Notes under the pieces: generated by a model | Database searches by the model: none | The model's input: only the letters and a program-made list of their open reading frames with translations | Told to the model about the DNA's origin: nothing | Made by a program: the position numbers and the translations under genes | In this document: positions 30,967 through 39,451 of the stretch, one piece after another | Layout of the letters: each line of letters opens with the position of its first letter | How positions within the stretch are numbered: the first letter of the stretch is position 1 | Assembly (NCBI GenBank): GCA_964510965.1 | Contig: CAZECX010000004.1 | Location: forward strand, 1-60,369 | DNA from: an uncultured Nitrospina sp. | GTDB lineage: Bacteria > Nitrospinota > Nitrospinia > Nitrospinales > VA-1 | Direction: 5' to 3' | Length of the DNA: 60,369 nucleotides

Positions 30967-31709
30967 ATCAAGACGAATTCGAGGCGATGGATGCTGGCGG
31001 TCCTGGCCAGTGGTGGTACAATGCTAGAGAGAAGTTGTTAGTAAGGGAATTAAAAAAGCTCTCTTTAGATAAACCGAACCTGAGAATTCTTGACTTAGCA
31101 TCTGCATGTGGTGGTAATTTTTCTACGTGCTATAAACACGGAAAAGTTTTTGGTTTAGATATATCTTGGAAATCAATTGAAATCTGCAAAACAAAGGGCA
31201 TCCAAAATCTAGTTCAGGCAGATGCCCAAGAGCTTCCTTTTGTGAATGGATCTATGGATGTGGTTATTGCTCTGGATGTGCTGGAACATTTAGAAAATGA
31301 TTCTGGATCGATGCGTGAGGTTGCCAGAGTTTTAAATAAGGACGGAGTTTTTATATTCAATACGCCTGCCATGATGCAGCTTTTTTCCTATCATGATTTA
31401 GCATTCCACCACTTCAGAAGATACTCTGCTGTTGAATTAAAGAATAAATTAATTAATGCCAATTTGCAGGTAAGCTGGATTACTTATTGGTCTTTCTTTA
31501 TGTTTCCTGTGGTTTATTCTTTTAGGAAGCTAAAAAATTTTTTTAGCAATTCAGAGGACCAGCCATCAAGCGATTTTCAAATGAAGATTCCTGAATTCAT
31601 TGATAATATCTTTCGATTTTTTAGCCAAATAGAGATCTATCTTCTTAAGCGAAAAATGTATCTTCCAATTGGAGTTTCTCTTTTTGGTACGGCACGAAAA
31701 GTTAACTAG
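30963..31709 (+). CDS. Class I SAM-dependent methyltransferase
   Basis: RILDLASACGG motif I, GLDIS, QADAQELPF, ALDVLEHLEND; ATGA overlap with the upstream gene. Confidence 0.88.
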   Translation: MNQDEFEAMDAGGPGQWWYNAREKLLVRELKKLSLDKPNLRILDLASACGGNFSTCYKHGKVFGLDISWKSIEICKTKGIQNLVQADAQELPFVNGSMDVVIALDVLEHLENDSGSMREVARVLNKDGVFIFNTPAMMQLFSYHDLAFHHFRRYSAVELKNKLINANLQVSWITYWSFFMFPVVYSFRKLKNFFSNSEDQPSSDFQMKIPEFIDNIFRFFSQIEIYLLKRKMYLPIGVSLFGTARKVN

Positions 31710-31715
31710 TTTGTT

Positions 31716-32675
31716 ATGAAGCAATTCTCTGTGATCCTTCCTCTAATGAATGAGGAGGAGGTATTTGAAGAATTATACTCGAGAGTGAAGGAAACCATGG
31801 ACTCTTTGGGTGCTTCTTATGAAATTATTTTTGTGGATGATGGAAGTGACGATTCCACGGGCAAGTTGATTCTGGAATATAGTAAGAAAGACCACAGTAT
31901 TATAGGGGTACTGCTTTCAAGAAACTTTGGCCAGGATAATGCAATTTTGGCAGGCTTAAAGGTCGCTGAAGGACAAGATATCATATTGATGGACGGAGAT
32001 CTTCAGGACCCGCCAGAAGTAATTCTAGATCTTATTCGTGAAAAGCAAAAGGACTATGATGTAGTTTATGGAATAAAGACAGATAGGAAAGAAGGGGTAA
32101 TGATTAAAGGAATGACCTCTATGTTTTATCAGTTTATGTTTTTTTTGTCAGGAATTCGAATGCCAAGAAATGTTGGAACATTTTCGATTTTTTCCCGACA
32201 GGTTGGAAATGCAATAATACAATTTCCGGAGTCAAATAAATTTTTCAGTGGGCTCAGATTCTTTGTGGGTTTTAAGCAAGTAGGAGTTTTTTATGAAAGG
32301 GAAAGGAGAGTTCAAGGGAAATCAAAATCCTTTATTTCCTTGGCCAGGATGGCGATGAATGCAATTTTTTCGTATACCATTTTCCCGATGAGACTGGCCA
32401 TACTTTTTGCTTCAATTCTAACAATTTTAACAGGGTTTGTTTTACTGCTTTATATTTTTCAAGCCATAATAGGCTCCCAAACATTTATTGATTTATCATT
32501 GTTTTTTGAGCCTTTTACAATTTTGGTTTTAGGCATGATATTAATGATTTTGATTGTGATTGCAGAGGTTGTGGGTCGCATTGATGCTCAGGTGAAAAAG
32601 AGACCTGAATATATTGTCAAATCAATAATTCGAAATGGGGCAGTTGATATTGGAGCTCCATTTGTCTTGCATTAA
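31716..32675 (+). CDS. GT2 glycosyltransferase, GtrB/ArnC-like polyprenol-phosphate sugar transferase
   Basis: VILPLMNEEE, FVDDGSDD, LSRNFGQ, MDGDLQDPPE, two C-terminal TMs, KRPEYIV. Confidence 0.92.
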   Translation: MKQFSVILPLMNEEEVFEELYSRVKETMDSLGASYEIIFVDDGSDDSTGKLILEYSKKDHSIIGVLLSRNFGQDNAILAGLKVAEGQDIILMDGDLQDPPEVILDLIREKQKDYDVVYGIKTDRKEGVMIKGMTSMFYQFMFFLSGIRMPRNVGTFSIFSRQVGNAIIQFPESNKFFSGLRFFVGFKQVGVFYERERRVQGKSKSFISLARMAMNAIFSYTIFPMRLAILFASILTILTGFVLLLYIFQAIIGSQTFIDLSLFFEPFTILVLGMILMILIVIAEVVGRIDAQVKKRPEYIVKSIIRNGAVDIGAPFVLH

Positions 32676-32720
32676 ATGCAAACTGATTTTTAAAAAGCAA
32701 ACCATTTTATAGGCAGTCCT

Positions 32721-34325
32721 ATGAGAATTACATTTGTAATGATGGGTTGGGAAAACCTTTCCGTCCAATATATATCCTCATATTTGAAAGAACGTGGGCA
32801 TGAAGTACGGCTTGCTTATGATCAATCTCTGTTTGAGGATAAAAATTATTTATCAATGCCGTTTTTGGCTCGCATTTTTGATCAGGGAGACAATATTGTC
32901 AAACAGGTTATTGACACAGAACCGGATTTGGTATGTTTTTCTGTTATGTCTGTTACCCACCAATGGTCACTTAAGACAGCCGAGGAAATTAAGAAATACA
33001 TGAATGTCCCCATATTGTTTGGTGGCATCCACGCTATAATCTGCCCGGAAGAAATTATTGCAAAAGACCAAGTGGATATGGTTTGTCTGGGTGAAGGTGA
33101 ATATGCTCTGGCCGATTTATTGGATAGCATGGAGAAGGGGGCGATAGATAAATCATTAGATGGGTTTTATTTTAAAAAAGCAAATGGTGAAGTTATCAGG
33201 AACAAAAAGCGTGGCCTTATTGCTGACATGGACACTATGCCTTTTCCTGATAAAGAGCTTTTTGCTCCATTTATTCCGATTAAAAATTACTACCTGGCAG
33301 TGACTAATAGAGGCTGCCCTTTTTCATGTTCCTATTGTTCTGTTTCTGCGCAAGATGCTGTTGAGAAAGATTTGGAAAACTTTAAAAAAGTGAGAGAGCG
33401 CAGTGTAGATAATGTTTTGGAAGAACTTAGAATCAATAAGGCTAAATACGGCTATAAATGGATTGATTTTAGAAACCCAGTTTTTTCTCCTTCAAAAGAT
33501 TGGATATTAGAATTTTGTGAGAAATATAAGGAACAAATAAATGTTCCCTTTCGTATTTTCAGCCATCCTTTGCTTATAAGGGAAGACACCTCTATAGCTT
33601 TGAAAGAAGCAGGATGTTTTGCTATTCAAATGGGCCTTGAATCTTATGATCCTGATGTCAGAAATAAATTCTTGCATAGGATAGAGACAAATGAGCAAAT
33701 TAACAAGGCTATAGGAATAATGGAGAAAGTTGGAGTTACTTATTCCATGGATTATATCCTCAATCTTCCAGGTCAAGAAGAGCCGGAACTCATAGAAGTT
33801 GGTAAACTTTTTTCAGGGTTGAAATATCTTTACAGGGTTTCTCCATTTTTGTTGACATATCTCCCTAAATTAAAAATTAACGAATACGCAATGCAAGAAG
33901 GGGCGTTGGATCCCAAAGAAGAAAAAAATATCAACCAAGGGCTCCAGGGAAGCTATATGGATATTGGCTCCGATATGGAAAAGAATAGAAGAAAGCTAAT
34001 GCAAACGTATAAGCTATTTTTTAGATTAATGAGCTTTATGCCCAGGTGGATGAAGCAGTTAACTTTTAAAACAAAGATTTATCATATGTTTTATTATTTG
34101 CCCTTTGATTTTATTCTGAGGCTTTTTGATTTAAGCATGGTATTTCGTGATTATGATGCTAATGCTTATGCGCGTAATTATTGGTGGTGGTTTTCAAAAA
34201 GGTTCAACTCTAAGCATCCGAGCTACTTTTTCAATAACCTAAAGGCATTTAGAGGGCCCAATGATCCCCCCAAAAATAGGAATTCTATCAAGCTAAGTCT
34301 TGCCGAAGATCGTTCCCTTCTGTAA
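32721..34325 (+). CDS. Cobalamin-binding radical SAM protein
   Basis: N-terminal B12-binding domain (QYISSYLKERGHEV; LFGGIHA..CPE; GEGE), RGCPFSCSYC, QMGLES. Confidence 0.92.
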   Translation: MRITFVMMGWENLSVQYISSYLKERGHEVRLAYDQSLFEDKNYLSMPFLARIFDQGDNIVKQVIDTEPDLVCFSVMSVTHQWSLKTAEEIKKYMNVPILFGGIHAIICPEEIIAKDQVDMVCLGEGEYALADLLDSMEKGAIDKSLDGFYFKKANGEVIRNKKRGLIADMDTMPFPDKELFAPFIPIKNYYLAVTNRGCPFSCSYCSVSAQDAVEKDLENFKKVRERSVDNVLEELRINKAKYGYKWIDFRNPVFSPSKDWILEFCEKYKEQINVPFRIFSHPLLIREDTSIALKEAGCFAIQMGLESYDPDVRNKFLHRIETNEQINKAIGIMEKVGVTYSMDYILNLPGQEEPELIEVGKLFSGLKYLYRVSPFLLTYLPKLKINEYAMQEGALDPKEEKNINQGLQGSYMDIGSDMEKNRRKLMQTYKLFFRLMSFMPRWMKQLTFKTKIYHMFYYLPFDFILRLFDLSMVFRDYDANAYARNYWWWFSKRFNSKHPSYFFNNLKAFRGPNDPPKNRNSIKLSLAEDRSLL

Positions 34326-34466
34326 CTGAGGAAAGGAAAGTTTGGCAGTTAGACTGCACGTTTACCGCCTTAGGTTTTTATAAGGATATAACCCTATTCA
34401 ATAGGGTTTATGACTGATCAAATCAACGGTTTTTTCAAGCTCTGCTTTTATAGGAGTAATTAAGGC

Positions 34467-35528
34467 ATGTCTTCCGTTTTTAAGACCCTGTATAACGGGC
34501 GAAAATCCCTGGCAAAACTTATAAAGGCCAAAGTTACGGGGCAACGAATCCCAGTAAGGGTTTGTTTACTTGTAACTAAGTATTGCAATTTAACCTGTTT
34601 CTTTTGTTATGCAGAAGACATTCTGAATTCAAAAGCCGTTCAGGAATATTCTTTAGACAATATCAAGAATATTGTTGACCAGTTGTATGAAGCTGGATGC
34701 CGCCAGATTACTATTGTTGGAGGCGAACCCCTTATTCGGGATGATATTGGAGATATCATAGATTACATCCATAACAAAGGAATGTTTGTTGAGATGACCA
34801 CGAACGGCTATTTTGTAAAAAAAAGAATCAAAGCCCTTAAAAAAGTGGACCACTTATGCATTAGCCTAGATGGCAATAAAGAATCGAATGATGCAAGTCG
34901 CGGTGAAGGTTCATTTGAAAAAATTATAGAAGGAATCATTTGTGCATCAGAGAATGGAATAGCCGTTAGAGTGCACGCTACGCTTTCAAAGATAACTAAC
35001 AATGAAGAATCTCTTAAATTCTTATTGGAATTTTGTAAAAGAATGGATGTCAAGCTGAATATCTCAGAGATCAGTCTGCCAGGCATCGAACAAAAAGATT
35101 CTAAGTACCTTCTTTCAAAGGAGGAAAGCAGAAATTTTTATGAAGTTTATAGAGGATTTAAAAAGTCTGGATACCCTATAGCCAGCTCGTACATGGCCAT
35201 GGATTATGTCGAAAAATGGCCTTTGGGTGATGAGACTACCCTGTATAAAAAGGACCTTGATAAAGTTTCCAAGGATAGTTACTTTCCATGCACGTTTGGC
35301 AGAACTCAGGCCTTTGTCAGTGCTGATGGAAATGTGTATTCCTGCACTAAAAAGTGGGGAGACGGTAAGAACATGCTTGAAGTCGGATTCGACAAAGCTT
35401 GGGAATATTTTGAGGATTTGGATTGTGTGGCCTGTAAAGAGTTGGGTTGCATTGAGCAAAGTGCTATTACCAATCTTGCATTCCGGACCTTATTTAATAC
35501 GTTGAAGAATTTTGCTATGATGAAATAG
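34467..35528 (+). CDS. Radical SAM protein with twitch-like C-terminus
   Basis: CNLTCFFC, VGGEPL, MTTNG, CISLDG, C-terminal PCTFG...DGNVYSC...CVAC. Confidence 0.92.
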   Translation: MSSVFKTLYNGRKSLAKLIKAKVTGQRIPVRVCLLVTKYCNLTCFFCYAEDILNSKAVQEYSLDNIKNIVDQLYEAGCRQITIVGGEPLIRDDIGDIIDYIHNKGMFVEMTTNGYFVKKRIKALKKVDHLCISLDGNKESNDASRGEGSFEKIIEGIICASENGIAVRVHATLSKITNNEESLKFLLEFCKRMDVKLNISEISLPGIEQKDSKYLLSKEESRNFYEVYRGFKKSGYPIASSYMAMDYVEKWPLGDETTLYKKDLDKVSKDSYFPCTFGRTQAFVSADGNVYSCTKKWGDGKNMLEVGFDKAWEYFEDLDCVACKELGCIEQSAITNLAFRTLFNTLKNFAMMK

Positions 35529-35638
35529 CAAAAAAATATTGTATTTCCTGCCATTGCCTGAAGTTTTCTCACGCATGGAAACCTCACTATAGTCCCTAAT
35601 CTGTATGAACTTTTTCACATTAACTTAAAGAATGCTGA

Positions 35639-36451
35639 ATGAATTCCTTACAATCATGTCTTAAGGGAAAGTCAATTTTGATTACAGGGGCTTCAGAAGG
35701 CATTGGTCTTGCGATAACTGAAACACTTAGTAGTTTTGGAATGAAAATGGGATTGTTGGCTCGTTCCGAAGAAAAACTTATAAAAATAGCCGCTCGGGTA
35801 AATTCGGTTGGAAGTGAGGCTTTTATTCTAAAGGCAGACTTGAGCGATCGCAAAGAAGTGGAAGATGCTGCACGAAAATTCGAAGAGGTACACGGTGTCC
35901 CCGATTTTTTAATAAATAATGCGGGTATCGGTCTCAGGGGATTTTGGAAGGATATAGATTTGGATGCAGAGCTAAAAGTTTTATCCGTTAATTTTACTGC
36001 CCCATTAATTCTAATTCGCTACTTTCTACCAGCAATGTTGCAAAGAAACAGCGGTCATATAATAAACATCAATGCCTTTGGAGGGATGTTCTCGAACCCC
36101 TATCAAGGCGCCTACGGCGCAAGTAAATCAGCTCTCCTTTTTTACGCCTCAAGCCTTGCGTATGAACTTGAAAATACAAATGTGCAAATCTCCTCGATTA
36201 TTCCTGGCGCTATAAATACAGATTTTCTCAACCAGGCAAACTACGAAGTATTCAAAAACCGTTCCGATATTGTATCCCCAAAAGTGGTAGCAGAAAAAGT
36301 GTTGGAGACAATCAAAAAACCTAGAGAAATAGCTTACGTGGGGCCAGCATGGAAAAAAATCGCAATAAAAGTCATTAACTTGTATCCCGAATTCTTTCGA
36401 AAAATTGTAGAAAAGGGGAATATTCCTCCCTCGTCAACTTCAAAAAACTAA
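35639..36451 (+). CDS. Short-chain dehydrogenase/reductase
   Basis: ITGASEGIG, LINNAGIG, YGASK catalytic YxxxK, IPGAINT. Confidence 0.93.
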   Translation: MNSLQSCLKGKSILITGASEGIGLAITETLSSFGMKMGLLARSEEKLIKIAARVNSVGSEAFILKADLSDRKEVEDAARKFEEVHGVPDFLINNAGIGLRGFWKDIDLDAELKVLSVNFTAPLILIRYFLPAMLQRNSGHIININAFGGMFSNPYQGAYGASKSALLFYASSLAYELENTNVQISSIIPGAINTDFLNQANYEVFKNRSDIVSPKVVAEKVLETIKKPREIAYVGPAWKKIAIKVINLYPEFFRKIVEKGNIPPSSTSKN

Positions 36452-36551
36452 ACCGGGTAAAAATAATCAAGCTCCAGAGGTTACCTATCACAGGCCACCT
36501 TTTTCTATTTTATCCAGAGGGAGACTAAATTATAATCCGGTTTTTTGGTTT

Positions 36552-38120
36552 TTAATGCCGGCAAAACCCTCTAAATTGCTTGGGAACATAGCACATGCTA
36601 ATAGCATTTTTGCTAAAAATTTTTTTGATCTCTTCCTCTTTTTTACCTCCTTGGGGTACTAGTCCGAGATTGCAACCGGCTTCTAATAGTACTTGTGGCC
36701 CGTCGATGAAAGGAAAAAACGCATCCGCGGCAAAAACAGAAGACTCCATTGAATGGCCTTGTTCCTGAGCCCGGCACACAGCATTCCGGATAGCGATGAT
36801 CGTTGATGGTCCTCCCCCCAAGCCAACCAATTGTCTACCCTTTACAAGAGCCACCTCGTTACCACCTAAATTAGAACTCCAAACCGTCGCCCATGCCAGA
36901 ATCAGAGATTCGATTTGTTCTTTAGAAGGATCTTCTCCTACCCAATAAGAACTTTTCAAATCCAAAATATAATTTGCTGGAGGCTGGCGGATCATTCCAC
37001 CGCGAACCCACCGTAAACCCCAAGGTTGGTTTGGCAGCATTGGATCGACCAAAGTCTTATTTCTAAAAATTTTCCTGTTTTTCCGTTGTGAAAGAGTTTC
37101 GACTGCATACGGAGAAAAGGAAGGTGCCACTACTACATCCAGCATCCAATTCCTTGTGCCAAGCATTTCTTGTCTAACAGAGCTGTCAATAAGCAAATTA
37201 ACTAGGTCATCGGTTATGGGAAAGTTACAAATGAACTCCCCTCCCCAAACTGCCTGAGGATTTCCAAATAGAGCATTTTCCAAGGCAACTGCAGGGTCTT
37301 TCCAGTCGATGGCAAAACCACAAGGGTTGCCATGCTTGGAGGCGATAGCCAGAAAAGGGGATTGCCTAAATTCCTTTTTAAATGCCTCATGAGCCAGGCA
37401 CAACGTCTGGAGAATGCTATCTAAATCGGCCAAATTGGTAAAACAGGGTGCCTCCTTTCCCAACAATTCAAACTTGTGAAGGGATAGCGGATCGTTGTCA
37501 CCAAAATCCGAAAAAAGATGACAGGGGCTCTGATAAGGGTTTTCCCCACTTGATAGTTCTAGGTTTTTAATGCTAACGATACCTTCACCAAAAGAATCTT
37601 GCTGCTGTAAAAGTTTTACGTAATGAGCGGCAATATGAACAAGGGTTTTGTTTGTAAATTCCGCCTTCAGGGAATCAGAGACTTTTCCATTCACTTTAAA
37701 TTCCCCGATGCATCGTTCCATATCGGTATAGGACATAATGGGAATCCTATTACCCTTTACCGCAAGAGCCAAAAGCGTATGTCCACCTACATCATTGCCC
37801 TGGTCAAGCGAATATGGGATATCGAAAAGCAAATCAATTCTCTTGTCAGTCTGTTCTAAGGTCAGTGCTGATTCAATCTTGGGGTGCAGAGTTGGTGGAA
37901 ACCCGTAATCTTCAGATATGCCAACAAACGATTCAATGTCAATGCAGGGAATTTGAATTTCTTTTAACAATGGGGTGGTTTCTTTTGTAGATATGATCTC
38001 CCAACCCAATTGATGTAAACTCCGTGCAAATTCCTTAACCTGGGTGGTGTTGGATAAAGAAAATAATGCTCTCAATAAATCCCTCCGGTCATCCCTCAAA
38101 TGTCCCTTCTGATAGACCAT
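36552..38120 (-). CDS. Divergent PurH-like protein (degenerate MGS/IMPCH domain + AICAR-transformylase-like domain)
   Basis: RALFSLS, TLHPKI, SGENPYQ, KHGNPCG, DVVVAPSF, AADAFFPFIDG retained; canonical STGGT and GRVKTLHP replaced by STKET and GFPPTLHP. Confidence 0.82.
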   Translation of the reverse strand: MVYQKGHLRDDRRDLLRALFSLSNTTQVKEFARSLHQLGWEIISTKETTPLLKEIQIPCIDIESFVGISEDYGFPPTLHPKIESALTLEQTDKRIDLLFDIPYSLDQGNDVGGHTLLALAVKGNRIPIMSYTDMERCIGEFKVNGKVSDSLKAEFTNKTLVHIAAHYVKLLQQQDSFGEGIVSIKNLELSSGENPYQSPCHLFSDFGDNDPLSLHKFELLGKEAPCFTNLADLDSILQTLCLAHEAFKKEFRQSPFLAIASKHGNPCGFAIDWKDPAVALENALFGNPQAVWGGEFICNFPITDDLVNLLIDSSVRQEMLGTRNWMLDVVVAPSFSPYAVETLSQRKNRKIFRNKTLVDPMLPNQPWGLRWVRGGMIRQPPANYILDLKSSYWVGEDPSKEQIESLILAWATVWSSNLGGNEVALVKGRQLVGLGGGPSTIIAIRNAVCRAQEQGHSMESSVFAADAFFPFIDGPQVLLEAGCNLGLVPQGGKKEEEIKKIFSKNAISMCYVPKQFRGFCRH

Positions 38121-39406
38121 TCCGTTCCATGGTCTCCGTTAATGGAGGCGATTTCGACTTCCGAGGATGGCCCAGAGTCATCACTGAACGACTCCATCTT
38201 TTTTATGACCGTGTAGATCTCATACAGCCCTCGGTAAAAAGGCAGGGCCTTGTCAAAATTACTCATTATAACTTCATCGTTTAAGCCTATACCTCTGGGG
38301 CAATCCTGATGAGTTTTTATGCATTTGTACTTGTACGTTCCTTGGTCGTCTTGCATTACATTGTATTGAACCGCAAAGGAAGTATTGGGGCAACACACGC
38401 CGGCGGTTTGTCGATCAGGGGATAGAAAAGCCAGTTGCCCGCCGTGGTAAAGGACATAAAAATATGGATAAGCGACATGAAATGAAGTATAGCAAGGAAT
38501 TCCCGATGCTTTAATCAACTCGTCAACGGAATACCATTGATCAATTTGGACGGGAAAATCAAAATCCCCCATGGTGCGCTTCAATTTGACTTGGGTGCTA
38601 TATTTATCGCAAAGTTTATCATTGATATGCTTGGCATCAGTAGGCTTGTCTAAAATAGAAAAAGTGACTTGTGTTCTGTAGTCTGGACACCCAGCGACAA
38701 AATTATTATTTTCAATATCCAGGTAAGGGTAAATGGAGGTAAATGCTGCTGGGCAGAGTTCATCTCTCTTGTCCAGGTTAAAATAAAAATCATGGTCTCG
38801 AGTGATTCCAATAAGGCAACCCTTGCCTTCATCCACGGCCTTAATATGAATATCCTTGTCAGGAATTTCAACAGGCATTATAAAATTTAGGATCCATCTA
38901 AGAATATTCTTAAAGTATACCCAGGGGTTGAATTTTCTTTTTGAGGAGTAAATCCTGAAGCTCACTCCATCGGACCCTAGAGGGCAGGAAATTATTTCCC
39001 CGGCAGGATTCATTTTCAGTTTTGACTTATTCTGATTGCAATGCAGGGCCAACAGTGTCGGATAAAGATTCAAAAAAGCTGCGGGGCACATGCCTTGGCT
39101 GAGAAGGCTGACTTGCTTGTTATCTGAATTCAATGGATGGTAACGGCACCTGTTGTCGGTAGCATCGTATACAAGTTTCAGTCCCTTCTCCTTTTCTTCG
39201 GCCATCCTTGCACATAAGGGGTGACTTGAAACTTCTTTGTTGGTTATTGTCGACATATTACTGAAGAAATGCTCATAAAAGAGTAGTAAGCAATTTTTTA
39301 AATTATCACAAATATTTGTTATCAATTCAAGGACAACAGGTTTTTGATCCAAATCCCGACATAGCAACTGGATGCTGCAGGTCAGCGTTTTATATTCATA
39401 GGGCAC
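38096..39406 (-). CDS. Cys-rich protein with three tandem TIGR04076-like domains
   Basis: Repeats MCPAAFLNLYP...SCPLGSDGVSF, LCPAAFTSIYP...GCPDYRTQVTF and PCYTSFHVAYP...CCPNTSFAVQY. Family assigned from memory of the motif. Confidence 0.68.
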   Translation of the reverse strand: MPYEYKTLTCSIQLLCRDLDQKPVVLELITNICDNLKNCLLLFYEHFFSNMSTITNKEVSSHPLCARMAEEKEKGLKLVYDATDNRCRYHPLNSDNKQVSLLSQGMCPAAFLNLYPTLLALHCNQNKSKLKMNPAGEIISCPLGSDGVSFRIYSSKRKFNPWVYFKNILRWILNFIMPVEIPDKDIHIKAVDEGKGCLIGITRDHDFYFNLDKRDELCPAAFTSIYPYLDIENNNFVAGCPDYRTQVTFSILDKPTDAKHINDKLCDKYSTQVKLKRTMGDFDFPVQIDQWYSVDELIKASGIPCYTSFHVAYPYFYVLYHGGQLAFLSPDRQTAGVCCPNTSFAVQYNVMQDDQGTYKYKCIKTHQDCPRGIGLNDEVIMSNFDKALPFYRGLYEIYTVIKKMESFSDDSGPSSEVEIASINGDHGTEWSIRRDI

Positions 39407-39451
39407 TCATAAATTTACGAAGAAAAGACATGCAATCTAATTTTTTAAGGC

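Noticed and set aside
29941-35528. RiPP (ranthipeptide/sactipeptide) cluster
   Set aside because: No precursor peptide, RRE domain, peptidase or exporter seen; the GT2 and SDR context points to sugar or lipid chemistry.
36552-38120. Housekeeping purH
   Set aside because: Cyclohydrolase motifs are degenerate and the context is an accessory island, so no gene symbol was given.
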